DNA of 64,000 bases from the human T2T-CHM13v2.0 reference genome, Homo sapiens. Location of the stretch: assembly GCF_009914755.1 (NCBI RefSeq), contig NC_060947.1; one strand, written 5' to 3'. The first letter of the stretch is position 1; each line of letters begins with the position of its first letter. Under the pieces are notes generated by a model. That model saw nothing but the letters and a program-made list of their open reading frames with translations, was not told where the DNA came from and did no database searches. The translations under genes were made by a program, and so were the position numbers. Shown here piece by piece: positions 40,664-59,150 of this stretch.

Positions 40664-42256
40664 ATTTGAAAATTGTTTTGTCATTATAAAACGTTTGGGG
40701 GAGACAGCCCCCGATTTTCAGAAATCACTGCGAGACAATGGAAAAACATGGCCAGTATCTTGTTGGGTGGAGTATTTTATGAATGGATAAAGCAGTCCTT
40801 CACTTCAGGCAGTTGGTTTTAAATGGCCCATATGCTTGAACCTTCCCCAAGCCCAAGGCAATACTGAGTCACTGCTATTTCCGATAGCGTTTCTCACCTT
40901 TTTCTCTCCTCCCTGTGCCAGGACATGCCTCAGCACTTTATGGTTTCTTGATAGTTCTTTTGTGACCCAGGAAGATACCAGGTGAAGTAAGAAAGTGCTC
41001 AAGAACTCCATCTTGGCAGCTGCCAAGAGTTGCCACTGAGCTAGGAGGAAGACACATTTACCTTGCAGTCTTTCTTTGTGTGCCAAGCCCAGCTGCCACC
41101 CTGGTGGTCTATTTGAGGGGCTCTTCTGAGCACTACAGAAAGGTGGTAGTAAGCAGCCCAGGGTTTGGAGGAGAAAAGCAAGCATTTCTGGCCTCTCACA
41201 GCTTTGGTCTTGCTTTTGCCAGGCCTGCATGCCTCCTTTCGGCATGGCTGGGATGCTTGAGAAGTCATTTAGCTTTGACTGGCAAGGGCTTGCTATTTCT
41301 CGATTTAACTAGATTTAAATAGAGTCTAACCGGGGCAGTTGCATTTCTTCACTTTCTAGAGCTATATTTTTCTCTCGTGGGTTAAAAAAAAATGCACACG
41401 AAAAAGCCCCAACTTCATTATGCTTCGGTCACAGCAGGGAATTTATAGCAAGAGCCCAGCTGTTTGCAGCTCATGCCAGAGTTTTTTGATCCTAATGTAA
41501 TTGAGCTCACATTTTTGAATCGGAAAATAATATTCAGAGGAGCCGACTCCTGAGTTTTCAGGTTTCCAGGCCAAGCAACGGGTTCCTGAATCTATTTTGG
41601 GCTGTTCTTTCCTCATACCTTTTCCTCTTCACCCTCAGAGCCCTTTGCTCCTTTCCTGGAACTAGACCTATGACTGTGCAAGTCTCTTTCTGTGCACACA
41701 GTGTTCTAACTATTCTTTTGAAGGAAAAAAAAAAGCCCCATTATTTTATTCCTTAACCCTTGCCTTCGCTACTTAAAACTCCTTGCTATTAATTGTGCTT
41801 CATACATTCAGCAATAATACATCCAAACAAAACTACTAAATGTAACTCATTTCTTTGGCATGAAGCCAGACACCGTGCTAAGGGCTTTATGTGCTTCTCC
41901 TCTTTTGTTCCTCCCAACAACTTTCTGAGGAAAGTCCTGTTATTGTTTCCATTTTGCAGATTGTGTATTTGAGGCTTAGGGAGGTGAACTGACTTCTAAA
42001 GGTCACACAGTGGTGGAGTGTGGCTTCAATCTCACTTGAACCAGGTCCAGAATTTTAACCCTGCTGCTGTACTGGATTCGCCTCCTGAAACTGTTAAAAG
42101 GGCAAAAAAGACATAGTTCTTGCCCCCACAGAGCTTGAGCAGGAGTTGGAGAAAGCACTAAGCACAGTGACAGGAAGAGCTAGCACCTCACTTCTGCCAC
42201 ACTTAAGGGTTCCTCGTGAGGGCCAAATGAAATGACATTTAAAAGCACTTGTTTCA

Positions 42257-42567
<311 letters not shown>

Positions 42568-42899
42568 TCAAAGTGCAGTGCTAGATGGGTGCTTGCTATT
42601 TCTATTGGTGTTATACCAGCAACAGCCCAATCCTGAGCCAGTCACCTGCATGGCTGGAAGGGCAGGTGTAGGAGGGTGGCATGGTGAAAACTGTTAAAAT
42701 CACATTTATAGAGTCTCATGAAGAATGTGGAATTTTGTCTGTCACATTCTGGCTAACCTAGCATTGCATACTTCCAGTTTGGCTGGGAAGGTAATAACAA
42801 TAATAGCAAGCACATATATAGCTCTGATTATGTAGCAGACACTGTTCTAAGTGGTTTACAAATATTAACTTATTTAATTTTGTTATTTATTTTTTACAT

Positions 42900-43453
<554 letters not shown>

Positions 43454-45347
43454 CCTAAATGTCTTTTCTATTCATCCCCTGCTCTCCCTCTGCACTGCCC
43501 TCACTACTGCTTTGGTTAGATTCACATCATCTCCCACCTGGAGGATTCTAGCAGCAGCCATCCTAGGCTTTGCTGGTACTACTCTCACCTCTTCACATCC
43601 CCAAGGCAATAAAAATAAATAATTCTTTTTGTTGTTATTCTTGCTGTTTTGGTTCTTAGTCTCTCTGTTATTCTATTGCACTTAATAGAGCCATGAATCA
43701 TTTAAAAAAAAACAACTCTTGTCCAGTTTAATCTTTAAGACTTGGCTCTCTGTTGTTACTGATCAGATGGAAAGTTTTATTACTACTGTCTAGGAGGGAA
43801 GAATTTAGGTTGGAACTCCCAGTGTGCCATGAATTATTTTCCCTGTGGTTACTCAGCAGTGATTCCTGGCCTCTCCTCCCACATAAGGCTCAGGCCTGCA
43901 TTCAAGCACCCACAGGTGGGGGCCAGGACAGTTGCAGTTCCTGTCTGCATGTTAGCCGGTTCCAGCTGCTCTGCAAAGGGGAGATGGGGCATTAGGAAAC
44001 GATGCCTGCTTTGGATGAAGCTCAACTTTTTCTCCAGAAGAACCCAGTGAATAATGAATCAGACCCTGAACATCCTGGAACACTACACCCAATGCCACTG
44101 TCAGCTCCCTCCCAATCACAGTCATTTCCAAGTAATGGCTCAGCCTAGGCCTGGTTCCCCAAACCATCCAAATAGAGAGGGGGAAAACCATCCTCAACAC
44201 GCAGAGCGCAATTTTACGGAGGAGATTTATTTTTACATTGACTTGGAACATAAATACTGTAAATATCCTCCACCCCACTGGCTTTTTTTTTTTCAGAGCT
44301 CTAGTTAATGGGGTAACTTTCTGGCTTGCACTTTATCAAGTTGATAGAACTGTTTAATGAAACCCACGGAGATTGGACAATTTAGTCTAACGGTCAGTTG
44401 CAACCCTTGATGTAAGTAATTTCCAGCAATACTGTATGCATCAAACGTCCAACCTAACAGTGGTTATCAATATCCATTATGCTTTTGGTTGGCTTGAACC
44501 ATTAATAACCTGTCAGATTAAGCAATTAGGCTGTCTCTACTTGCCAGGGGAAATTGTTTTCCCCTAAGTGATGATATTGGGTTTGTGGTTGTGCAGATAA
44601 GTACTTGGTCAAAATGTTTGGCGCATTCCTAGCTGAGTCTTTTTGATAGATAGGGAGTAAGAACTAAAATTCAAGGGGCTGAGAGGAACCTGCAGACAAT
44701 CTCTGAGAAAAAGCATCTCAGTCATTCCAGTTCACTTTATAAAAGTAGCTTAATTATCACTGGTGCTCTCTAGTGAGGGACTTCATTTGATGTGTCACAC
44801 AGATGGGACCACATTTCTCCACAGAGCTCCAGCTAAGTCGGAACATTCAGGTTTCAATTTGAAATGTGAACTATCTCGGATTCTTTAGAAAGCCCATCAG
44901 GGGCACTCTTGGGGCTTTGCCATTTTGCACACTTTAAAAAGCAAGATGAAGAAGGGAAGAGAGAGGGGAAAAGTTCAATGGAAACCTATTATATAATCCT
45001 CTCCTATGCTGTTTGTGGTCTTCCCTGAATTTTTTTGGTTTTGTGATTTTCCACTTACATTTTCATGTAACAGCACAAGAGCACATGTTACTTTCTACCT
45101 TCATGTCTTTGCACATTCTAGTGCAAAGGTGCACCTAGTGCACCTCACCTGCTATGTTCTTCTTTTCCCCTTTACCAGTTTACACACAACCATCAGTTTG
45201 AAGACCTGGTCTGAAAACCACTTCCAAGGAGACCTTGCAGAGTAACTCCATGCATTCCTATCATGCGTTTACTCAAAGTTTTCTTATTCCTTTGTCATCA
45301 TTTCATATTTATCAATACATTGCTTTTATCCTATTTTAAAGATTTGC

Positions 45348-45647
45348 TGGTCAGGTGTGGTACAAGCTCATGCCTGTAATCCCAGCAGTATACGAGGCTG
45401 AGGTGGGTGGATCACTTGAGTTCAGGAGTTCAAGACTACGCTGGGCAACATAGGGAGATCTCATCCTACAAACAATAATAATAAAAATTAGCCGGGCATG
45501 GTAGCATGCACCTGTAGTCCCACTACAGCCAAAAGGAGGCTGAGGTGGGAGGATTGCTTGAGCCCCAGAGGTTGAGGCTGTAAGTGAGCTGTGATTTCAT
45601 CACTGCACTCTGGCCTGGGTGACAGAGCAGGACCCTGTCTCAAAAAA
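45348..45647 (+). mobile_element. Alu (J-like)
   Basis: Diverged dimeric Alu. Confidence 0.88.
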
Positions 45648-45884
45648 TAGGGCAAAAAAGGGCACATTGTGCCATGAGAGTGCATGAGTTGGGGACCCAT
45701 CCTGATTTAGACCTTAAGGAAGGTTTTCTGGGGGATGTGGAATTTGAGTTGAAATGTGAAAGAGAGAAGATCCCTTCAAGCAGAGGTGATAACATGTGGG
45801 AAAGCAAAATGCCAGTGCCTGGAAGTAATATGGGATGTTCTAGGACAGAAGTGGGCACACTACCAGTGTGACCTGCTGTAGCAG

Positions 45885-46409
<525 letters not shown>

Positions 46410-46559
46410 TCATTCTAAGAGGATGAAAAAAAAACTGAATGGTTTTAAGCAGGGGCGTCAAAAGGGCTATCCTTCTAGTATAATACATACTGGTTTTTAA
46501 TCTTTTGTTTTTAATTTGGCAGTTTTTTTGTAACTAGTCCTATTCTTCAACCATATAAT

Positions 46560-47340
46560 CTTTAATTGTGTGTCTACTCTTTCATCATAGGGTTGTATTG
46601 TAATTCAGAAAGTTGCCCATCTTTTGAAATTAGATGTACTCAGCAGTGAACATCTTTGTGCATATTGTTGTTAATTCCCTTATAATTTCTTAGAAGTGGA
46701 ATCGTTGGGTCAACAGGTATATGCATTTTAAAGGCTTTTGCATCTCTTGTGTTTCCAGTCTTCCAGAAGTGATGTTTACTACCACCGTCAAGGGATGAGT
46801 GCATCTGACTCCCACACTCTTAGGAAAAATTTAAATATGTTTGCCAATTTTATGCAAGGAAACTATGTTTTCTTGTTGGTTTAATTTGCACTTCTGTGAT
46901 TATTGAAGTGGGTAATATTACTTTCCCATATGCATTTCTTCTTTTGTGAAATTCTTGCTCATATTCTTTGCTTATTTTTGGGCTACTTATCTTTCATTGT
47001 TAATTTTTTATGAGCTTATTATATATTGAGGATATTAACTCTTTGACATCCAAATTGTGAATATTTTTTCCAAGTTTGATTTTTAGCTTTACATTTTATT
47101 TATGGGATTTTTGACATAATTTATAAATACTTATTTAATAAATAAATCATTTTTTCCTTTGGATTTTCTGCCCTTGGGGTTACGCTTGGGAAAACTCTCA
47201 CCACACAGAGATTATGTAACATGCACATATATTTTCTACTAGTTTTAAACCAGTTTTTCTTTATATTTTAATCTTTAATCCATCTGGTGTTTATTTTGGT
47301 AGTGGCACGAGATAGAGATCTAACAGATTTTTTTTCAAGG
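46560..47340 (-). mobile_element. Old L1 fragment (L1ME-like), antisense
   Basis: T-rich; ttaatttgcacttctgtgatt...tctttaatccatctggtgtttattttggt. Confidence 0.6.
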
Positions 47341-47450
47341 GGGAAAACTCTTTTTAGGGGAGAGGAAGAAATATCTCTTGGAAAAAGTGGGAACTCTTTG
47401 ATCAGAAACCCCAAACACTGTGTCTGGAAGAAAAATGGCTCTTTGGGTGA

Positions 47451-48242
47451 TGTGATATTGTGAAACATATATTTGGTCTTTGACCCAGTTTCCTGGCATA
47501 GAACTCTTAAAATACTTAGAATATCCAATGTGAAGTCTTTTTTGTATGCTAATGATTGGCTTGATGGCTGGCAGCCTCTAGGCAGCTTCAGGATGGGGGA
47601 TGGTCACTGGAAAGGCCAAGGCAGGATTAGAGGGTTGGGACTTTCAAATGGCTGAAGTTTAAGTTAATCGCCAGTGGCTTGTGGTTCAATCAATCATGCC
47701 TATGTAATGAAGCCTCCATAAAAACCCAAAAGGCCAGAGTTCAGAAGCTTGGAGGTTCCTGGGGGTAGTGCGCCCCCACGGAGAACACGGAAGCCCCGTA
47801 CCCCTTCTTGTGTGCCCTTGCCTTATGCATCTCTTCATCTGGACCCTTTGTAGTGCCCTTTATCATAAACTGTTAAGTGTTTCTTTGACCTCTGTGAGCC
47901 GAACTAGCAAATTAATAGAACCCAAAGAAAAGGTCGTGGTAACCCCAGCTGGAAGCCGATCGGTTAGAAGTTCTGCAGGCTTGGATTTGTGACTGGTGTC
48001 TGAAGGGAGGACAGTCTTGTGGGACCGAGCCCCTCAACCTGTGGGATCTGACACTATCTCCAGGTAGAGAGTGTCAGAATTGAATTGGAGGACTCCCAGC
48101 TGGCATCCGATGCAGAATTGCTTGCTTGCTTCGTGTATGGGGAACCCCCTCCCCCCACACATTTGGTCACAGAAGTCTCTTCTGTGTTGATTGTTGTTGA
48201 ATGAGAGAACAGAAAAAGAACTTTGAGTTTGCTTTTTCTACA
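47451..48242 (+). mobile_element. 5' LTR (MER21-like), about 790 bp
   Basis: Starts TGTG, ends ...tttttctaca; followed by PBS-like ttgtgtcagagg at 48249-48260 (cf. tRNA-Leu complement TGGTGTCAGAAG). Confidence 0.82.
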
Positions 48243-48739
48243 CGGACTTTGTGTCAGAGGAATAAAATTTGCTAGACCAGCCCAGGCTCAGGGAAGCATG
48301 TGGTTTGGGGAAAGAAAGGATAAAAATAGATGAGGGATGAGGAGCTTTTGATTCCTGGGTGGCCATGTGGTCACCCATGATACGGAGCTGCAACTGTGCT
48401 GTGCTCAGTTATTAAAGGTGAAAGTTACCAGTGGAATCTAGAGATGGATCTACCTCTTGGGGAGTTGGTTCACTGGATGCATAAGACAATGCAAACTAAG
48501 AAAAAAGTGAAACATTAATATCCTATTATTTGATTATTGTTATCAGTAATATGAAATTAAAAGACAGTGCTGGGTTGGACCATGATGTTAGACCAAGCTC
48601 AGATTTTAGTGAGTCTGAGCTTCGGCCTCTAGCCTCAAAGGGAAAAACTGCAGCAGAGACAACAGAAAAGTACCTCTAATACCAAGAAAGTAGCCAGTGT
48701 GGGGGAAGGGCCACACAAAATAACAATTGAAACTATTGA

Positions 48740-49110
48740 AACCATGGGTCTAGTGTGAAGGAATTGTTTCATTTTGTAGATCAGTATCATCAGTCTCCTG
48801 GGGAGCTTTTATTAAAATGCATTCTAAGAGTAATGGGTCAATTTAGGGGCAGTAGCTTTTGTTATGAATGTTGCAGAGGGGAAGGGCATGTTCTGGTTGA
48901 TGCATGACCCACTGCTTGTTATGGTCACAGATGTCTATACATAATCCTGAGACACAGATTGTTCTTGAGGGAACAACAAGCTTGGTGGACTGGATAAAAG
49001 CCACTGTAAAATGTTGCCCTGAGAAGGGAGACTGTCCAGCTACCCCTGACTGTTTGCTGCTTCCAACCCCAGAGGAAGCAGCAGATAGGCCCCCTATGCA
49101 AGCCATGTGA
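48740..49110 (+). pseudogene. ERV-L-like gag relic
   Basis: Translated SVKELFHFVDQYHQSPGELLLKCILRV and SLVDWIKATV resemble ERV-L Gag motifs; frames are broken. Confidence 0.55.
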
Positions 49111-49299
49111 CTTTATGATGACCGGGATATTCACCAGGTCATTGTAAATGCTGTGGTTAAGGGGGCCCTTTTTGCATAGTCACCTCATGTAACTTTACTG
49201 TTACAAAATTGGAGAAGCCTTATTGAATTTGCTCTCAGATTCCTTTCATGGGTCTTATGGATGCTAATAAAAACATTAAGTTAATTAACAAGAGAATGA

Positions 49300-49643
<344 letters not shown>

Positions 49644-49782
49644 GAAGGTGGAAATTTTTAAACGGTTATTAAGAAATGAGGTGAATAAAGAAAACAATGA
49701 TAAAGGTGAAACTGAGGAGAAAAAGAGAAGGGAGAGTCATGGGACTTGTCCCAGCAGGGTGGAAATCTTCGGACGGTTATTA

Positions 49783-51560
<1,778 letters not shown>

Positions 51561-51779
51561 TCAAGATGAGCGAGCCCAAATGAGTATCCCCACTATATTT
51601 TCCTCCATTTTGCTGGTTGATTTGGGGAAGAGAGGATGGGGAAGGATGTTGGTATGATTATGCAATTTCTGCCAAGGGAGGAATATGCTGATATAATAAC
51701 TATACTTTTTCCCTTTCTTCTTCACATCACCTTAATTGTTTTTTTCTTTACCTGATGCAGGGGTCACAGGACTACAGCT

Positions 51780-52000
51780 GCTGAAAGTAGGAATGATTTC
51801 TAGGAAAGCTTCTGCCAGAATTCCTAAGGGTCTGGTGGAGGTGGGGTGTGCAAAATTGGGACTAACAGTGAATGTCACTATATTCCCTGGTGATAAAAAT
51901 AGCCCACTAGTACTGCACTTATGTCACCTCAACCTATCTAAATGGGAATGGACCGAGGGAAAGTACTTGTTAAAGACTAGTATTGCTGTCTGCAATCTAG
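51780..52000 (+). pseudogene. dUTPase-like relic downstream of integrase
   Basis: RIPKG..AKLGLTVNVTIFPGDKNSPLVLHL..WEWTEG loosely resembles ERV-L dUTPase; position matches ERV-L gene order. Confidence 0.45.
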
Positions 52001-52373
52001 ACCAGCACAGTGGTGATTCTAACATCCCTTCCAAAGGTAAAAACAAGTTTGGATATTAATGGAGAGTAGGAAAAATAGTAGCAGAGGATAAAGGAATGAA
52101 GAAATTGATTATAAATTAAGGAAAATCTGATAAGAGATGACATTGTCTTAGCTGAATTATGCCAGATACCTGAAAGGGTGACGTATGTTCACTGAGACCA
52201 CTCCTGCGAATGGAAGCCTGTCAATCTGAGTGACCTCACCCTGGGAGACATTCCTACAATATGATGGGCTGGACTCATTATTAATGATTGGATTGGATTC
52301 TAGTAATGTGGCAGTATCTTTTGAGTCATGTATCCTTTTGGCATAAGTGACCGGGTTCAAAAACTAGGTGAAC

Positions 52374-52571
52374 TGTTATATTGTGAAGTATATATTTGAT
52401 CTTTGACCCAGTTTCCTGGCATACAACTCCAAAAATCCTTGGAATCTCCAAAGCTGTGTCTTTTTGAATGCTAACGATTGACTGATGGCTGCCAGCCTCT
52501 AGACAACATCAGGATGTGGGCGGGTTACCAGAAAGAGCAGAGGAAAAACAGTTTGTGTTTATTTTCCCTCA
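52374..52571 (+). mobile_element. 3' LTR (MER21-like), internally deleted, 198 bp
   Basis: Matches the first ~165 bp and last ~35 bp of the 5' LTR. Confidence 0.8.
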
Positions 52572-52962
52572 GGTGAGGCACAAGCGTTTGAGACATTCGA
52601 GACATTTCAAAACCAAATGTTTACTTATTTAGAACGAACTTAATATATGTATTTTTTTCATCAGTCCTTCACCCCAAAGTTGATATCCCCAAAACACTTC
52701 TACCTCCAAACAGCCACCACTCCAAAGCCTCAAGCCTCATTATTCCACCCAGAAGGATGCTTTAAAATTACTTTGGTGTCTTGTGTCCATATGAGGCAAA
52801 CATTTCCAAATATAACTGTATTTGTGACTTTAAATGTGTTTCCTTCATTTCTCTTTATTCTTTGTGTTGTCTATGTGGAGGACTTATTGTTTTATTTATT
52901 TCACGAACACGTGTATAGTGTTTACTATGTACTAGGAACGGTTGTTTTTAAATTAAATTAAA

Positions 52963-53246
52963 TTTATTTTTTTGAGACAGAGTTTCGCTCTTTCGCCTAG
53001 GCTGGACTGAAGTGGCGTGACCTTGGCTCACTGCAAGCTCTTTCCCCGGGGTTCAAGTGATTCTCCCGCCTCAGCCTCCCAAGTAGCTGGGATTACAGGC
53101 ATGTGCCACCATGCCCAGCTAATTTTTGTATTTTTGGTAGAGACAGGGTTTCACCATGTTGGCCAGGCTGGTTTTGAACTCCTGACCTCAAGTGATCCAT
53201 CTGCCTCGGCCTCCCGAAGTGCTAGGATTACAGGCGTGAGTGGCCA
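52963..53246 (-). mobile_element. Alu (S-like)
   Basis: Reverse Alu sequence. Confidence 0.9.
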
Positions 53247-53894
53247 GGAACTGTTCTTAGTGCTTTTATTCTTTTTTTTTTTTTTTTCATAACAGCCCTG
53301 TGTTATAGGTAAAGCTATCATCCTCATTTTACAGCTAAGGAAACTGAAGAACACCAAAGTTCAATGACCTATTTGAGATCACACACGTAGCAGGTCATGA
53401 CCATATTCTGTTTCCTTAAACGACAAAGTAGAGAAAGAATTTTTTTTTTGGGCGGGGGGCGTGGGGAGGTATGGAAAGTTCCCTCTGTGGGCAGAAACAA
53501 ATAGCACCACAGGAAGAAACTGAAGTCTGAACTCATAGGCTCACAGAATTATTCCTTCTCAAAACATGAATCATGTGGTCTAGAGGCTACTGCCCTCACA
53601 TAAGCTTTTTTAGTTCTGTTTTTATTTCTACTTTAATTGTCCTATCAGTGTTCATGCCCAATATTGCCTTGTATATATACTCTTATTGTAAGCCATCTAG
53701 AATCTCTTTAGATATAGGCAGGTATAAATTATGCTAAAAAGCCTGAAGTGTGCTCAAAACATCTAAGTGGAAATAATCTTAAGACAAAAGAAATTGTTTT
53801 TAACCTTAAAGGAAAGTAATTTGTACAAATGTTAATGAAAGTTCCATCATAACCATTGAAAGCTGGAAGCAACGAAATATTCAGCAAGAGGTGA

Positions 53895-54659
<765 letters not shown>

Positions 54660-55394
54660 CTAAATTGAGTGTTATGGCTTTTGGTATAGAGAATTTAGCA
54701 TGATAATTAAAACTAATAAATTTAAGACTTTTTTTTTTTCAGACATAAAGGAGTTGCTCCCCGATAGTCCCTGTTATTCTTTCAGGCCTAAGAGGGGATC
54801 TTAAAGCTATTTCTGGGTGCACAGGAAGGGGATCTACACTCTGGCCTTTTCCCGGGGGGCTTGCAATTTTTCTCTGTGTTCAGGAAGTGCAGATTGGGCT
54901 TTCATTAGGAGAGGATCTAGTTCAGCATTCTTGTCATCACCAGCTGGGGATGAAGAGGCCAAGTTAATGGGAATCTTGGCAAGAATGCTGGGGAAAGGCA
55001 GGGACAGCAGAAGTGGCTCCTAGGGGAGCTGTGCAGCTGAAATGAAGTCAAACTGAGGTGGGCCAATCTCATTTAGTTCTGCCAGGTGCACAGAATCTGC
55101 TCTGGGAGCATCATACTGTCCCTACTATAGAAGTGCAGGTAGAGCAACACCTCAGATGTGGATCAGGTAAATCCAGGGGACTCTCAGACTAAGGAGGGAG
55201 AGGCAGAGCCAGGGCCTGGCCTATAGGAAGGGGTGCTGACAGCAAGTAAAGCAGGTCGCTGGAACCCACAAATTGGCTGGAATATGATTAAAGACTTTCC
55301 CCACAACTGGGCACCCGAGCTTGGAGGAGAATGGAGATGCCTTGAGTGTCTGACAGACGCAGGCAGAAGGGGGCCAAGAAACGCTTGTCTTCCC

Positions 55395-56195
<801 letters not shown>

Positions 56196-56765
56196 TTATT
56201 ATTTGTTATACAGATTATTATTAATACAGTGGTGGCCTGGTGCCTGATTATATTGTGAAAATGTCTGGCACTTTGACCTAGTGCTGGGGAACAGCCAAGG
56301 TGGGATGGGGCAGCATAAAAATGGCTGAATGCTTATTTCAGACAGCTGAGATGGGGTGGAGATGGGGCAGCTGGAGATGGGGCAGCCACTGACAATCATA
56401 GATGGTAAGTGCTCAGTGAGATGTTGTTCTGTGTATACTAATGAGAGATGTCCAGTTCCTTTCTGTGTGGGGAAATGGTGCAGCCAACATCCCAAATAGT
56501 TGGTTCCACAGTACCAGGGCCCAGGGCTAGTAACCCCAAAGCGTGGTGCATGATTTTCAAAGCCAAGGGAAGAATTGTAGTTTAGGCTGGAGGGAACACT
56601 GAGCCAGAATAGCAAGTCCAGAACAGGTTGTGAATTGAGGGGAGTCTAAGGAAGTTGAATCTGGAGGCAAAGCTGAGCTAAAGGACCAGCGATGCTAGTG
56701 TGAGGGTCATAGTAGCCCAGAAAGAGGGAATAATCCAGGAAGACCTGGATTCCTTCCACAGATGT

Positions 56766-56826
56766 GGGAGCAGATGTAAGTGTCACATACCAGGAGGGAG
56801 CAGATGTCAGTGTCACATACCAGGAG
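56766..56826. repeat. 30-bp tandem duplication
   Basis: gggagcagatgt(a/c)agtgtcacataccagga x2. Confidence 0.9.
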
Positions 56827-57490
56827 AAAGGCTCTTACAATTTCTGACTCAAGCTTCTGTGGACACTGGATCCACTCCAGCTAGGACACGTTGGGGAATG
56901 GAACCTGGCTTTTCTTTCAATGACTTGAAGAGGCTTAAGATTGGTTATTGAGTCTGCATTGATAATCCATTTTCATTTCTTCCCTCCCCTTCAAACATTG
57001 TTCATTCACTGGCCTTAGAAGGGGTGAGGATCTATAATGAGGTCTCCATTGGTTGCATCATTTTCTGCAATCTTAAAATAGATCACATGTCTCTAGGCCA
57101 GTCTTGGCTCTGGTTGCTGTTGAGGGTCTGATGGTCCTTCCTGGGAAGCTTTCATCTGGATATGGTGAACATCTCTAGAGGGCCTAGCAGCTGGTGCTAA
57201 AATACATGTTCAAGGGTCTGCTAATTTTCTATCGACTGAATGTTGCATAGCCCTCTCAGCAGAATGACATTTCACAGCTTTCAGCTGACATAAATCATTG
57301 ACCTTAAGAGCCTCAGGGTTCAGTACCTAATCCATCAGGCTAGCCAGGCACTTGAAGCACTTTAAGACTTTGAATAGAAATAGACCCAAAGACATGCTGT
57401 CCCCAAAAGCCATTCCATTCCAGCATGATTAAATGTCTGTGCTCCCAGAAGTTTTCTATGATAGTTTAGAAGATTGGCATGAATATAACC

Positions 57491-57526
<36 letters not shown>

Positions 57527-58039
57527 GTGTGTGTTCAGGCAGCAAAATCTTGATGGAGATGAATTTGTGCCATTGCAACTTTCTGGGGATATCTTTCAGA
57601 TGCAAACTCTTTGTCTTAGCTAAGCTGCCATTTGGCCATTTTATCCCCCAGAGGAAGGATTTAGAGCTCTGAGATCAAAAGCCCACATTTGAAAATAACT
57701 GTACTTTGTGTTTTAGTCAAGTTTGCCAGTAAGGAGATGCAGTGCAAACTAGGAGAGGTGAGCCAATTGGCACCTTTAGCTCATCTGTCTCTTGGTTCCA
57801 TTCTGTGCTAAGCTCCCCAGAGACATTCTCTGCTTAGAAAACAATCCCCTATCCCTTCTGGTACAGTTGAACAGTGCAGCCAATCTCTGAAATGAAAATT
57901 ATTTTGTAAGTTGTCTGTAAGGTTAAAGTTCAGTTAACTATACTGCCTAAGTGGATTTGCACAGTCAGCTTACCAGCTGATATGGTGTGGCAAAAAAGAT
58001 GGCTAATTAATCACCAAGAAATTAATATTTCCCATCTCT

Positions 58040-58405
58040 GTGGAGTTGTCACTGGGATTACATTTCTGATCTCCCCTTACATCTAGGTGGTGCCATGTGA
58101 CTAATACTTGCTGATGGAACATGAGCAGAAGCAATTTGTGTCACTTTTAAAAGCAGGTGTTCATTTTATACCCTCCCATTTGATTTCTTGATGCAGACAA
58201 CCATAGTAACCTTGGAATTCAGTGTGTTGAAGATGGAAGAGCTACAAGAGGTAAGGAACCTGGGTTCTTATATTTCCATCTGAAAAGTTATTTGCTGACC
58301 AGGAGTGCCCAAACTAGACTGTTAGGTGAACAGGAAGTGCATTTCTATTGTGTTAAGTCACTCGGTTTCTTTGTTACAGCGGCTAGCATTACCCTAACCA
58401 ACATA
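58040..58405 (+). mobile_element. Old MLT1-like LTR fragment
   Basis: ggtgccatgtgactaatac...gaagatggaagagc...tctttgttacagcggctagcattaccctaac. Confidence 0.6.
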
Positions 58406-58549
58406 CATGGAATTTTGAGATTCTTGAGTAAAACGGGATTTGAAAGGGCTATGATTGGGTAAGCTATACACTTGGCTAAACTGAAGTTTTGAACTGAATG
58501 GCAATAAGGTATATAAAATTTATCCTGAATATTTTACTGCTCCCTCCTT

Positions 58550-59150
58550 TCCCTAGTTCATTTATGCATTCCACAAAAATGTATTGGAGGCATACAATAT
58601 GCCAGGTACTATGCTAAGTATGCACTGGAGATACAATAGTGAGCAAAACAGACTTGATTCCTGTTCTCATGAACCTTAAAATCTATAGGAGAGAGATGAT
58701 GAGTTCCCGAGTTCAGGCGGGGGACTAGAGAGGGAGGGGATGGAGTAGAATAGTGATTCTCTAACCTGGTCATTGGACTATCAGCCATCTGATCACCTGG
58801 AAAGCTTATAAAAAATAGGAGGTTTCAGATTCTGTCCCTACAAAATCTGAGTCAAGAGGATTGGGGTGGAATCCAAGCAACCAAGCATTGGTTGAGATTT
58901 AGAAGGTAGAGTTGAGAGGACTTTAATGACTGATAGGCAAAGGAGAAGGAATATTTGGTGTTCGAATATGAATTTCTGGCTTGAACCACTGATTTGGAGG
59001 TGGTGGTATGTGCTTGAGATAGGCAACACAGGAAGAAGAGCAGATTTCTGTTGAGGTGGAATAATAAGTTGAGCTTTGGATGTAATGACTTTGAAGTGCT
59101 CATGCACTATCCAGGTAGAGATGTATATTTGGTTGTGTATGATGGGAGTA
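58550..59150 (-). mobile_element. L2 fragments with possible MER5-like insert
   Basis: atgccaggtactatgctaag...gagatacaatagtgagcaaaacagac. Confidence 0.55.
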
